This document shows, in pieces, positions 11,647 to 24,370 of a stretch of 64,000 nt of DNA (its first letter is position 1; each line of letters begins with the position of its first letter). Origin of the DNA: Squalus acanthias (Eukaryota); NCBI GenBank assembly GCA_030390025.1, contig CM059432.1, positions 147,686,001-147,750,000 of the forward strand, in the 5' to 3' direction. The notes beneath the pieces are model-generated. The model was given only the letters and a program-made list of their open reading frames with translations. It did no database searches and was not told the origin of the DNA. The translations under genes and the position numbers were made by a program.

Positions 11647-12332
11647 TCACAGTCACATTTCATTTTAGGAATGTGAAACTGTAACAAATCATCTGAAGGG
11701 ACAATGTGCACAGGTTTTATATTCTAGGAATAAGTGATCAATGACTTAATGGATGTGGAGATCAGACCCACTGATAAATAACGGTGGCCAGTTAATAGCA
11801 ATGCTTACTTAAGTGGTGTTGACTTGTTCAGTATTGTTGACATCAAACGGATGATAGGAAATGAGCACCATCCACATTTTCTAAGTATTGGTTGCCATAG
11901 TTTCTAAATATGTCTCTTTGAGGAGATAGGGAAAAATATCACGTGATAACCAAGCATGAAAACACGAGAATAATATGGGGAATTGTGATCTCACTCTCCA
12001 TTTTCTGTGATTCCTTGTAATGGAACACGGAGTATAGAAATTACTTAAGCCTGCTGTTGAGTAGGCATCGCCTGCACCTCAATAAATTCGTCGGCCATGT
12101 GTCAGATTGTGAATTGCCCACAGTGCCAATAAACTGTGTTATTTGTTATCACACTGCAGTCCATTTGAACCAGAGAACAGGGTTATGCTGAACTATATAA
12201 CCCGCCAGTAGCAGAGAAAGATTAATATTAGAGAACTGCTTCTATTTGAGTTAGGTCTGTGGAATCACTCTGCCAGTAAATGCTGTGGAATCTGTCCCAT
12301 TTACATTGCAGGGTGATTCCACAGTACTGGAA

Positions 12333-13165
12333 GAAAGAAAGAAAGAAATGAATGAATGAATGAATGAATGCATGAATGAATGAATGAATGCATGAATGAA
12401 TGAATGAATGAATGCATGATTGAATGAATGCATGAATGCATGAATGCATGAATGAATGAATGAATGCATGAATGAATGCATGAATGCATGAATGAATGAA
12501 TGCATGATTGAATGAATGCATGATTGAATGAATGCATGAATGAATGAATGAATGAATGCATGATTGAATGAATGCATGATTGAATGAATGCATGAATGCA
12601 TGATTGAATGAATGAATGAATGCATGATTGAATGAATGCATGAATGAATGCATGAATGAATGCATGAATGAATGAATGAATGAATGAATGAATGAATGCA
12701 TGAATGAATGAATGAATGAATGCATGAATGAATGCATGAATGCATGAATGAATGAATGCATGATTGAATGAATGCATGAATGAATGCATGAATGAATGCA
12801 TGAATGAATGAATGAATGAATGAATGAATGCATGAATGAATGAATGCATGAATGCATGAATGAATGAATGCATGATTGAATGAATGCATGATTGAATGAA
12901 TGCATGAATGAATGAATGAATGAATGCATGAATGCATGAATGAATGAATGCATGATTGAATGAATGCATGATTGAATGAATGAATGAATGCATGAATGAA
13001 TGAATGCATGAATGAATGAATGAATGAATGAATGAATGCATGAATGAATGAATGAATGAATGCATGATTGAATGAATGCATGATTGAATGAATGAATGAA
13101 TGCATGATTGAATGAATGCATGATTGAATGAATGCATGAATGAATGAATGAATGAATGAATGCAT
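12333..13165. repeat. Compound tetranucleotide microsatellite (GAAT)n with GCAT/GATT variants, preceded by (GAAA)4
   Basis: Direct inspection; ~830 bp kept in a 4-nt register. Confidence 0.97.
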
Positions 13166-13230
13166 TTATATAACGCCTATCAGGACCACCGGACGTCCCA
13201 GAGTGCTTTACAGCCAAGGAAGTGCTTTGT
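13160..13230 (-). mobile_element. 3' tail fragment of SacSINE1-like SINE
   Basis: Reverse complement of ggctgtaaagcactctgggacgtccggtggtc..ggcgttatataaatgca, as in 17280-17335. Confidence 0.75.
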
Positions 13231-13364
13231 GAAGATGACCTCACATGTACAGTTTTAAAGTCAAGAAATACGGCTTCAGGTCAAACATGGGCAAGGAAAC
13301 CGCCTGCTGATTGCCACCCATCGCCCTCCCTCAGCTGATGATTCAGTACTTTTCCATGTTAAAT

Positions 13365-16030
13365 GTGACTTGGAGGAAGCACTAAGGGTAGCAAGGGCAC
13401 AGAATGTATTCTGGATGGGGGACTTCAATGTCAATCACCAAGAGTGGCTCAGTAGTACCACAACTGACCGAGTCAGGTGGTAAGAGAATCAACACGAGGG
13501 CATAACCTACTTGACTTTGTCCTCACCAATCTACCTGCCACAGGTGCATCTGTCCATGACAGCATTGGTAAGAGTGACCACCGCACAATCCTCATGGAGA
13601 GCAAGTCCCGTCTTCACACTGAGGATGCCTTCCAACATGTTGTGTGACATTACAATCATGCTAAGTGAGATAGATTACAGACACATCTAGCAGTTCAAAG
13701 CTGGGCATCCAGGAGGCGCTGTGGGCCCTCAGTAGCAGCCAGAATGTATGCCACCACAATATGCAAAGTCATGGCCTGGCATATCCCTCAATCCTACATC
13801 ACCATCAGGCCAGATTACCTGCTTCAATAAGTACTGTAGAAGAGCATTTCAGAAGCAGCACCACGCGTACCTGAAAATCAGGTGCCAGCTCAGCGAAGCT
13901 GCAACACAAGACTACATGCATGCTAAATAGCAGAAACAGCATGCTATAGACAGAGCGAAGTGATCCCACAATCAACGGATCAGATCAAAGATCTGTATTT
14001 CTGCCAAATCCACAGGAAGAGGAGGAGGCTACATGAACATCCCCATCCTCTATGATGGTGGAGCGCATCATGCGAGTGCAAAAGACAAGGCTGAAATGTT
14101 TGCAACCATCATCAGCCAGAAGTATTGATTGGATGATCAACAACAACAGCAACAACAACTTGCATTTATATAGCACCTTTAACATAGTAAAACCTTCCAA
14201 GGGGTTTCACAGGAGTGTTATTGAACAAAATTTGACACTGAGCCACATAAGGAGATATTAAGACAGATGACCAAAAGCTTGGTCAAAGAGATAGGTTTGA
14301 AGGAGTGGAGCATCTTAAAGGAAGAGAGAGAAGTAGAGAGGCGGAGGAGAGGTTTCGGGAGTTTAGGGCCTGGGCAGCTTAAAGCACAGCCACCAATGGT
14401 GGGGCGAAGTAAATCAAAGATGCACAAGACACCAGAAATGGAGGAATGTTGAGATGTCGGAGGCCTGTAGGGCTGGAGCAGGTTACAGAGAAAGGGAGGG
14501 ACGAGGCCAAGGATCCTTCTCTGTCTCCTCCTGAGGTCCCCACCATCACAGATGCCAGTCTTCAGCCAATTGGATTCACTTCACGTGACATCAAGAAACA
14601 GCTGAGTGCAATGGACATAGCAAAGGCAGTGCGCCCTGAAAATATCTTGGCTCAGATGTACCAGTACAGCTACAATACTGGCATCAACTCGACAATGTGG
14701 AAAATTACCCAGGTATGTCCTGTCCACAGAAAGCAGCTCAAAACAAACCAGCCAATTACTGGCCCATCAGCCTACTCTCAATCATCAGCAAAGTGATGGA
14801 AGAAGTCATTAACAGTGCTATCAGGTGGCACTTACTCACCAATAACCTGCTCAGTTTGGGTTCCACCAGAACAACTCATCTCCAGACTTCAGTACAGCCT
14901 TGGTCTAAACGTGGACACAAGAGCTGAATTACAGAGGTGAGGTGAGAGTGACTGCCCTTGCATTAAAGCAGCATTTGACCGAGTGTGGCACCAAGGAGCC
15001 CTAGTAAAACTGAAGTCAATGGGTATCAGGGGAAACTCTCCACTGGCTGGAGTCATACCTGGCACCAAGATGGTTATGGTTGTTGGGGGGCCAATCATCT
15101 CAGCCCCAGGACATCACTGCAGGTGTTCCTCAGGGCAGCATCCTAGGCTCAACTATCTTCAGCTGCTTCATCAAGCCTTCCCTCCGTCATAAGGTCAGAA
15201 GTGGGGATGTTCGCTGATGATTGCACTGTGTTCAGCTCCATTTGCAATTTCTCAGATAATGAAGCAGTCCATGCCTGCATGCAGCAAGACCTGGACAACA
15301 TCCAGGCCTGGGCTGATAAGTGGCAAGTAACAGTTGTGCCACACAAGTGTCAGGCAATGACCATCTCCAACAAGTGAGAGTCTAATCACCTCTCCTTGAC
15401 ATTCAATGACATTATCATTGCTGAGTCTTCCACTATCAACATGCTGGGGGTGAGGGGTGGGGGGTGTCACCATTGACCAGAAACTGAACTAGACCAACCA
15501 CATAAATACTGTGACTACTTAGAGCAGGTCAGAGGCTGGGTGTTCTGTGGCAAATGGCTCACCTCTTGACTCCCCAAAGTGCCCCACCACCTACAAGGCA
15601 CAAGTCAGGAGTGTGATGGAATAACCTCCACTTGCCTCGATGGGTGCAGCTCCAACAACACTCAAGAAGTTGAGAACTATCCAAAACAAAGCAGTCCGCT
15701 TGATCGGCACCGCATCCACCACCTTAAACATCCACTCCCTGCACCGTGGCTGCAGTGTGTACTATCTACAGGATACACAGCAGTAACTTGCCAAGGTTTC
15801 TTTAACAGTACATTCCAAATCCGGAACCTCCACCACTTAGAAGGACAGGGGCAGCAGGTACATGGGAACACCATCACCTCCAAGTTCTCCAAGTCACACA
15901 CCATCCTAACTTGGACATATATCGCCGTTCCTTCATCGTCGCTGGGTCAAAATCCTGGAATTCCCTACCTAACAGCACTGTGGGAATACCTTCACCACAC
16001 AGACTGCAGCAGTTCAAAAAGAAGGCTTTT
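13365..16030 (+). mobile_element. Decayed CR1-clade LINE ORF2 (APE endonuclease + RT) with 3'UTR
   Basis: WMGDFNV, LLDFVLTN, GKSDHRTI, PANYWPISLLSIISKVME, AFDRVWH, GVPQGSILG, MFADDC motifs across frames; many frameshifts. Confidence 0.9.
14137..14510 (-). mobile_element. L2-like LINE 3' fragment nested in CR1
   Basis: (CAA)n tail plus cttgcatttatatagcacc; same family as 43625-44450 and 40060-40265. Confidence 0.8.
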
Positions 16031-16699
16031 AACAATTTTAAGAACTTTAAGTGCTTTGAAAAAGAGGTGTCCTTACCTCCCAATGGGTCCCTGTAAAGTC
16101 CAAAATAAGAGAGCATTGTAATCCATGAGTGTTTTCTAGTGGTGTAGCCAATGCGGAGATATTAAAGCACCTTATCCTTCCTCAGTGCTACTCTGGTAAC
16201 TCATTTACGAAGAAATATGATACTAAGCAGTATTAGTTAAATAGTGACTGTGCTAAATACAGAGGGACTTGTTTCAGCATGGGAGACGCCAGCCCACAGT
16301 GCTTATTTGAAACTTCCTCAAAAACCACAGAAATACACCGTTTCGAGTAGAAGCTTTGACTATAAAAAGGACCGAGATTAGGACTTCTCATATGACAGGT
16401 AAATTATTCCATGACAGATATTTGGCGAGCGTGCTGCTGTACTAAGTAGTTGGTGGATTTGAGGAGCACATTTCCTGCTCACAGTTGTTTCCCTTGTGAT
16501 TTGCATTTAGGAGCAGCTATTTTCACCTGGACGAGCGCCGAGCTATTTTTAGTGTCCCTAAATACACAATGAATAAAAAGTATGGTCGAAGCTTTTAAAC
16601 GCAAAAAGACATTTCAGTTCTCTGAAAAAGAGAAGTATATGGAAGAAATATCATTCCAATAAAAGCATGTTTTGAACAAGATGACAAATGCATTTTTAA

Positions 16700-16810
16700 A
16701 GAAAGAAAGACTTGCATTTCTCCAGCGCCTTTCACAACCTCAGGATCTCTCAAAGCGCTTTACAGCCAATGAAGCACTTTTGAAGTGTAGTCACTGTTGT
16801 AATGTAGGAA
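16700..16810 (-). mobile_element. SacSINE1-like SINE 3' fragment
   Basis: aaagaaagacttgcatttc..agcgctttacagccaatgaag, the reverse complement of the SINE tail. Confidence 0.75.
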
Positions 16811-16877
16811 TGTTTTATAACAGTTTACACTTAGGTAGCACCATTAATGTGGTAAAAAAAAATCCTCAGACCCTTCT

Positions 16878-17349
16878 GTCAGCTGTGGCTCAGTGGGTAG
16901 CACCACTTGCCTCTGAGTCAGAAGGTTGTGGGTTCAAGTCCCACTCCAGAGACTTGAGCACATAAAGTTAGGCTGACACTCCAGTGCAGTGCTGAGGGAG
17001 TGCTGCACTGTCAGAGGTGCCATGTTTTGGATGAGACGTAAAACCAAGGCCCCGTCTGCTCTCTCAGGTGGATGTAAAAGATCCCATGGCACTATTTTGA
17101 AGAAGAGCAGGGGAGTTATCCCCTGGTGTCCTGGGCAATATTTATCCCTCAACCAACATCTGAAAAACAGATGATCTGGTCATTATCACATTGCTGTTTG
17201 TGGGAGCTTGCTGTGCGCAAATTGGCTGCCGCGTTTCCCACATTACAACAGTGACAACACTCCAAAAAGTACTTCATTGCCTGTAAAATGCTTTGAGACG
17301 TCCAGTGGTCGTGAAAGGCGCTATATAAATGCAAGTCTTTCTTTCTTTC
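16878..17349 (+). mobile_element. Full-length tRNA-derived SINE (SacSINE1/DeuSINE-like)
   Basis: Pol III A box tggctcagtgg, B box ggttcaagtcc, central gatgtaaaagatcccatggcact domain, tail gaaaggcgctatataaatgcaagt(cttt)n. Confidence 0.9.
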
Positions 17350-17790
17350 ACAGATGGCACAGGGGTACTAAGCAGCAGTTGGGGAAAAGTTAGAGGAGGG
17401 GACTGAAAGCAGGGCTGATGAGTTAGGTTTCAAGGAGGTTTTTGAAAATGGGAAGTGAGGTGAAAGGTTTTAGGGAGAGAAGGGCCATGGCTGAAGGCTC
17501 TGCAACCAATGGTGGAATGGGAGCAGGTTGCATCCAGAAGAGTGGAGGTTACAAGTTGGGACAAAGGGCTGGAGATGATTCCAAAGGCAGGGAGTTTATA
17601 TACAAGGGATGAGGATTTTCAAGTCAATGTATTGAGCATGGAGAGCCATTGGGGGTTGCTGACAATAGAGGTGATAGGGGACCATAATTAGAGTGAGACA
17701 GGATGCAGGCAGTAGAAGTTTGGACAAGGTAGAGATTAAGTAGGGAGGCCAATGAGAAGAGTGTTGACTAATTGGAGCCTGATGAAGACA
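17350..17790 (-). mobile_element. Old L2-like fragment
   Basis: Diverged similarity to 43740-44200. Confidence 0.45.
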
Positions 17791-18039
17791 GAGATATTGG
17801 GGGAGGCGTCTTCTATTTTTTTGTTATAAATCATCATGCAAATGGTATTTATCTAGTCACTCCGCTTCATGACATAGGCTTCTTGTAATCCATTACAACG
17901 TGATTAATGGGTCTTACACTACTCATAGTAGCTTCAGATAAAGTATCCTTAATATATCCAGTTTAAAAAAAATGAATACAAAACATTTTAGCATAAATTT
18001 TGCAAGGTTGTATTCCTCACATGGAGCCTCACATTTGTT

Positions 18040-18340
18040 TTTAATTCTTGGGTCATGGCGACACTGACAAGGCAATATTTATTGTCCACCTTAGTAGGCC
18101 TGAGGGCAATAAGAGTCAACCATAGTGTGGACAGTCATATGAAGGCCAAACCAGGAAGGGGTGGCAGGTTTCTCTTCCCTGAAAGATATTAAGTGAACCA
18201 GTTGGGTTTTTACAACAATCCGGCACCTTTGATCATCATTTTGTTTTCTGGCGTGAGTAGACAAATTACCAGATTTATTGAATTCAATTTCACAAACTTT
18301 GTCATAGTGAGATTTGAACTCATGACCCCTGAGTTGCAAG
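18040..18340 (-). mobile_element. CR1-clade 3'UTR remnant
   Basis: ggcaatatttattgtccac resembles 405-420; ttcccTGAAAGATATTAAGTGAACCAGTTGGGTTTTTACAACAATCC is typical of this UTR. Confidence 0.55.
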
Positions 18341-18359
18341 TCACAACCAATAGACAGGA

Positions 18360-19708
18360 GTACTAATTGGAGAATTGGACACAGAGGTCAGCACAATAAA
18401 TTGAAGCTATCACAATAATGCTCACCGGCAGTGAGTAAAGCAAATTATATGTTAGGAGGCATTAAATTCTCAATATTGATCCAAAATAATGAGGTAATCG
18501 CTCCATTTTATAAATCATTGGTGCAACCGCACTTTAGAAAATGGTTCACAGTTTCAGTTGCCACAGTACAAAAAGGAGGGTGCAGCGATTGAAAGAATAC
18601 AGAAGAGAGCAACCAGAACGAGGTGATTGGAGGGATTGAATTATGATGAGCGGTTCCATAAATTGGGCATGTTTTCATTAGAACAAAGGTTTGAGAGGTG
18701 ATTATGATTGCTGTTCTTAGGATTCTAAAGGGACAAGATAATGTAGGCCATGACAAGCTGTTTCACCTTGCCCAGAACAGTAGAACTAGAGCTTGAAGGG
18801 GGTTAAATTCAAAACTAATCTGCCAATCTAACATTTGCCCCGATATTTATTGGGCGGGATTTCCAAGCGGGGGAGATGTTCTGGTTGGGACAACATGGAG
18901 TTTCAACTTCATGGCAGCGTGTGTTTTTTTTATACTTTCCCCACCCGGAAGCCAGCCTGACTGACAGGCTTGGCTCCCTGTTGGGTGAGGAACGTTGCAG
19001 AAGAGGCCGCAGCCCAGGAACAGGTAAGTTTGTGCTGCTCGGGGTAGAGAACGCGCGGGGTGGGGTGGGGGGGTGAGGGGCGGGCGGGTGGCGGGGTACA
19101 GTGTGCTTTGGACAGTTGTGGGGTAATCGCGGGGGTCGGGTAGGACCAGAGTGATCAGGGACAGAGGTGGGGGTGTCGGGGAGAGATTAAAGGGAGAGAT
19201 GGGGGGTCAGAGGTGATCGCGGGGGTGGGGGGGGGACTGTAGATCGCGGGGTGAGGGTCCGATCACTGGGGAGGTTAACAGCTTTGCTTGGTGGGCCGGG
19301 GAGGGGGAAGCATTACTGCTCCTCCTGGCCCTCATGCACCTGTTCCATGCAGCAGTCCTTGTCTCCCATTAGCTCCCATTAGCTGCCGGATTTCCCGAGG
19401 CCCGGGAAACCCAGCCGGCCAGCGTTAAGCCTGAAACACATATCAAACTTTAGGCATGTAGCCTCATTAAAATGGGAGTCCCATTCCCGGGAGCGGGTTG
19501 GTTGCCCGTGCCCCCGCTTCCCCCCACCACCCCCCCACCACATCCCTGTCCAGCCTCCATTAAAACTGGGTCTGAGATTTTTTACATTTTTATTCCCCAC
19601 CCAATCCAAACCACCCATTTTTAGGGGTTAAAACTCTCCCCATTATTTCAGTGAGCGCAGTGGTAAATATGTGGAACAAGCTCCCTAGGGAGATGGTGGG
19701 AACAGATA
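18360..19708 (+). mobile_element. Old CR1 3' fragment split by a MITE (18360-18835, 19642-19708)
   Basis: LYKSLVQPH, ttgagaggtgattatgatt, agaactaga, resuming as atttcagtgagcgcagtggtaaatatgtggaacaagctccc. Confidence 0.7.
18836..19641. mobile_element. Harbinger-type non-autonomous element with G-rich repeats
   Basis: TSD ATT restores the host CR1; left end gccccgatattta and cagcctga(c/t)tgacaggcttggctccctgt shared with the 53880 element. Confidence 0.75.
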
Positions 19709-21215
19709 GGCCTAGAAATTTGCGACCGCCACAAAAGCTGCCGGTGCCACCGCACCAGGGTGTTACCGGCCGCCGAAAACGGTGGCGCTGGCAGGACCGA
19801 AAAATTGGCACTGGAACTAATTAAAATTAGCCCAGCGCTAAACTCACCGTGCAACACCGTCCTGGTGGCGTTGGTGCTGGAAGGAGGCCCCAAAGTAGCG
19901 TGGCCCAAGCGTGGTTACAGCTAGAACAGTCTGCTCTGAAAACGAGACTGTCATTTCAGAAAGCATTGTCGGTCTCTCAAAGGGACAATGCCTACAGAAA
20001 TGAAAAAAATTAAAATGATGTAAAAATAGGCAGTCTTTAGCCCTTACAGCTCAACGGCCTTCTGAAAAAAAAATTAACATTAAAAAGAATTCCCAAATGG
20101 GAGTCTTCAGCTCTTAAAGCAGAATTCCGTTCCACACCTAAAAAATAGTAACAGTGCTTCAGCACTAACACAAATGGCTCAACAAGCCAGGGAAGGGGCA
20201 CCCAGGGTCTCGCACGCAGCACTCCAGCTTTGAGGAGGGGGTCAACACTGCAAGAGAGATCCTCTACCCACAGGGAGCAGGAGGCCCTTCAGGAAAGAAC
20301 GATGTGGGGCCAGATCACCGAGGCCGTCACTGTCAGCAGTGTCGCCCCCACCACCTGGCTCCAGCACCCAAAGAAGCTTCATGACCTCAGACTACTGGTC
20401 AAGGTCAGTGAATGCATCGTTAAAAGCCGTCTCCTACCAACTGAATCACTAGCCTCACACACTGCTCAATGCATGACTCCAATCGCTCACCTACCCAACA
20501 ATCTGTACCAAACACGAGGTACACCTCCCATTCTTAGCTTCACCTCACACCCTTGAAGGAGACAGTGCTGAACATTCTTGGCAGCGGCATGGTTGAGCCC
20601 TTGGCCAGCAGTGGGGCTGAAAGGATGCTGGTGTCCTCATACGTTATCCTCCTTCTGGCATGCACCTCTTGCTTTCCCACCCTCCCCTCACCACAACTGC
20701 ACCCTTGTGCCTTCCTCATTTCACACACCCAAAAAATGTAGCCTGCCCAGCCAGCGGTTGTCCAAGAAGAGGGAGAGGTGAGTGAAAAAGAAGAAGAACA
20801 AACACCATCACTTGATTTGACACTTCCAGCCACCAGCTCCTCGAGGTCAGTCCTGCAAGGCCATCTGCAGTGTCCCCCACTGAAAGTCAGCAGCCTTCCA
20901 CCAGCCATGCTGCAGCCACTGGGGTAGCACTGCATGACATCAGTAGGATAGGCAAAGGCACACGCAAGACTGTCACTAAGAGAATGAATAAGGGTGATGA
21001 GTTGATTTCATATTGGATGGATAGATCAATAAAGTTGGATTGGAAAGTTTGCTTTCTGGTGGCTTTTATTTCAGCATCGTGGCCAAGAGGACGCTGTGAT
21101 GGTCAGTAACAGAGGGAAGGTAAGGTGTGGGACTAATGTTGAAAGGGGAATTGGGGTTGTGGTCACTGGTACCACAGGCAGATGATTCCATCCCGGATAT
21201 CCCGGCCAGAAAGGG
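19709..21215 (+). mobile_element. Deleted Harbinger with Myb/SANT remnants
   Basis: TIR ggcctagaaatt; WGQITEAVTVSSVAPTTWLQHPKKLHDLRLLVK|gtcagt; 3' part similar to 27330-27670. Confidence 0.7.
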
Positions 21216-21219
21216 GCTG

Positions 21220-22719
21220 ACTGGGTTGCATCCATATGCTTATGGAGAGAGTCACAGCACACAGGGTGGTCCTCTTCCCTTCCAATGGGCGGAAGAGACC
21301 TCCCCAGGAGATCGACGCAGCCTGGTTGCACATTGCACAGGAGGACACAAGCAGGGATGTTGTCAGGAGGACCTGGCTGCAGTGGCGCAAACCTTTCAAT
21401 AATCTCAGTAGATCACGAAACGTTACTGCAAAGCCACACTCAACCTCATCCTGCTGTGCCACTCATCACATCCCCATCATTCTGCCTTCCCTACCCTTCT
21501 CCTGCACATCCTTACTCACACCAACTTACCTTGCACCTCCACCCATCCCTCTCCATCTACATTATCACTTCCCCATCTCAGTAGCCACCCCTCACACTCA
21601 CCCTCATCCTTGTCCAATCATAACAACTAACAACACACAAGGATATGCACTTGAGAGGTTTAGCCAATGGCCGTGTAAACTTTCTGTTAATGTGTTGTCA
21701 AGCATTGAAATCCTTAATGTCACCAATGTGCCTTCTTGGACAGATTTGTGTGCGCCTTTGAAAGTGTCTTAGTGAGTTGCAGTGAATGGTGAGACATAAC
21801 GTCCACTCCCCGCCCCCCCCCCCCCACCCAACCCCGGCCACCCCGCAATGGCGATGAGTGTGAAAGGAATGGCTTGGACATTGGAGGGATGCTTTATGGT
21901 GCTGGTGTGGGGTGGTGCCAACCTGGTGCATCATGTGGCAGCCAGGGTGTACAGTGTTAAGTGAAGTAAATCTGGACATGGTGAGGCCATCCCTGGCCTC
22001 CCGGGCAGCAATGTGCACGGGTGATGTCCTGTGCCCTGTGCAGCATCAGTTGATTGCGGAGAAGGTTGGTGTGGATGTTGGTGCTGCTGGTGTGCCCGGT
22101 GATGCTGGTGTTGGGGCTGATCGTGGTGGGATTCTGAGGACCAAGGTGAGATTTCTTCAAGGGCACCGATGCTGATGGAATGGATGGCAGGTAAGGTTGA
22201 GATGAAAGAAGCAATCTGTCAATGTTGAGATAGGCTGTTCCAAGGAGGTGACGGTGGATAGAGAGATTACTCCTAACTTCAAAAGTGCATAAAGCTCAAA
22301 AGTGGGTTCTAAATACTGAAAGCTGAAGCTTCTGAGATTGGAAAGTGAGCAGCTGTAAAATGGCAGGTTTTAAAACCACTTTTGCAGCTGTCACCTATTG
22401 AAAGAAATGGAGAGTTGTTCAGAACCCAACATACTTACCTGGCCTGAACCCCGAGCGACGGGAACCTCGTGGAAAACCTGGCAAAATGCTTTGGAGCTGG
22501 TAAAATGGGGATTTCATTACTTTAAACACCCTCCTAACCAGCACAATTGAATGACCCGCCGTTTAGTGCCGTGTCTGCGAGGGGAAGGAAGAAACAGCCC
22601 TTGGGAAACTGACCAGGAGGCAGGTTCAGAGCGGGATACTGACCCGCTGTCTATCTTTTTGATTTTGACAGCGGACCCGCCTCCAAACCCGCCCTCTGAG
22701 TGCCGGCAAAATTCAGCTC
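21220..22719 (+). mobile_element. Harbinger derivative (copy of the 44519-46208 family, left end missing)
   Basis: MERVTAHRVVLFPSNGRKRPPQEIDAAWLHIAQE..RRTWLQWRKPFNNL; colinear with 44780-46208; ends aaaattcagctc. Confidence 0.8.
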
Positions 22720-23001
22720 CCAGTCAAGTATGAATATAGTCATAGTCATAGAGTCATACGGCACAGAAGGAGGCCATTCGGCCCATCGAGTCCGTGCCAG
22801 TATATATTTAACTTGGTCATTTAAACGATACCTCATTGAACAGTGGAGACTTGTTGCTGATGATTAGAACAATATATGTTGAGGCTGTCTGTGTGCTTTG
22901 TGAGGGTGGTGATGGAGAGTTGACTAAGCTTTGTTTGCAGCAGAGTTGCACAGATTACAAGTTTGCACGACAACTGGATAGTTGTGACCGTTAAACATTT
23001 A

Positions 23002-23710
23002 GGGGGAAAAATTAGTTTGCTTTGCCCCGAGGGGGGGCGCTAATGGGGCGCAAAGCCCCGAGCACCCGGGCGCGGTGCCGCCAATGCCTCCCGCGAAATT
23101 CAGCGGTTGGTTTGCGGCGGCAGTAGCGCCTGGTGGTGCTGCACCTCCGGCAATGACGTCATCAATGTGCGCAGTCACCCGCTCGACCCCCCAGCCGCAA
23201 ACTTGGCTCGCGCCCCCTGACCTACCGCCGGACGCTATGTCCGACAGGGTCAGGGTGCCGTGTTTGCGGCCGGGGCGGCGGAAATTAAAGGGCAGGTGCT
23301 AGGCGGCCATTTCTTTTGGGCCGCCTGCCAGCACCTGCCACTTTCGCCTCCTCCCGCGATTGGTCAGCTCCTCTTGAGTGCTGGGCTCTTTTGCCGGCAC
23401 CCCACTCCCTGGTGGTCCAGCAGGGTCCCGGTGCACGCTGCGCTAGGCCCCTCTCCTTTATTCAGGGGAGGGAGGCCTGCAGTACCGTGGCGTTATGTGC
23501 CGACGCGCGTGGCTCTGCTGCATGTAGCGCCGCGATATTGAATGGGAGCGCCCCAAGAGGGAGGGGGAGCGCTTCCAGTAGCGCCCCGCCCCCTGCTTGG
23601 GGCGCTACCATTCAATTTCAGGCGCGGGGGTGCTAACTTTTTCGGGGCGCTTAAAGTGGCGCCCCGGCGCAGTTAGTGCCCCAAAGGGGGCGCGACCCAA
23701 TTTTTCCCCC
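23002..23710. mobile_element. CpG-rich Tourist/Harbinger MITE
   Basis: Perfect TIR gggggaaaaatt...aatttttccccc, TSD TTA on both sides. Confidence 0.92.
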
Positions 23711-24370
23711 TTAGTTGTAGCACAATCCCCCAGTGTTTGACTTCAGAGTCAGGCTATGCTGCAAAACAATAGGTTTATACTAGGCTGGTAGAGTAACAAA
23801 TTCCTGATTTTATTTTCCCTGTGGAGAAGATTATATTATGCAGCATGCACTTCCCATCAGTAAACCTTATTTCCTGCGTCACAATTTTATTAAAATGACT
23901 AATGTTCAAATTAAGGTTTTAAACATACTAAAAAAATCTAAAATTTCAACTTTTGACAATAACTTGATTAAATTAACCCGTTGACTTGTCTTTTTTAATC
24001 TTTTAATTCCTTTGTTGTGCTTCAAGGCCTCAGCCTATCTCAAAAGCCTGAGCCAACAGAATATTTATACCTCGCAACAGTTGGGGAGAGCTTTCAACCG
24101 CATCTGTGCAACATGCATGTGTCGTTTGCAAAACTCTCCACAATACAATCCGCCCTTCAACAGGAGTTGAAGTGTAGACAGGTGTGTGTCCCCACGCTGC
24201 ACCGCCACCCCCCACCCCCCCCACCCGCATCATGTGAGGATTTGGGAGTTCTTTTGCTTTTTCCAAAAGACTAAACGAAACTGGAGATTGAATTCTCTAA
24301 GCTTTGTTTCAAGTAAGTGCTGATATTTATTAACAAATAGGCATTTTCTGATACAAACTGCACAGACAAC

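Noticed and set aside
12228..13244. 278-338 aa His/Ser/Phe/Ile-rich ORFs in three minus frames
   Set aside because: Artefact of the stop-free (CATT)n microsatellite
16296..16328. RSS-like CACAGTG...tcaaaaacc
   Set aside because: Spacer is 16 nt, not 12 or 23; no V/D/J segment nearby
16878..16950. tRNA-like sequence with A/B boxes (also 33590-33662, 38694, 50830, 51570-51640)
   Set aside because: These are SINE heads continuous with SINE bodies, not tRNA genes
24027..24181. Possible exon between AG and GT
   Set aside because: Translation unrecognisable, weak donor, no supporting exons
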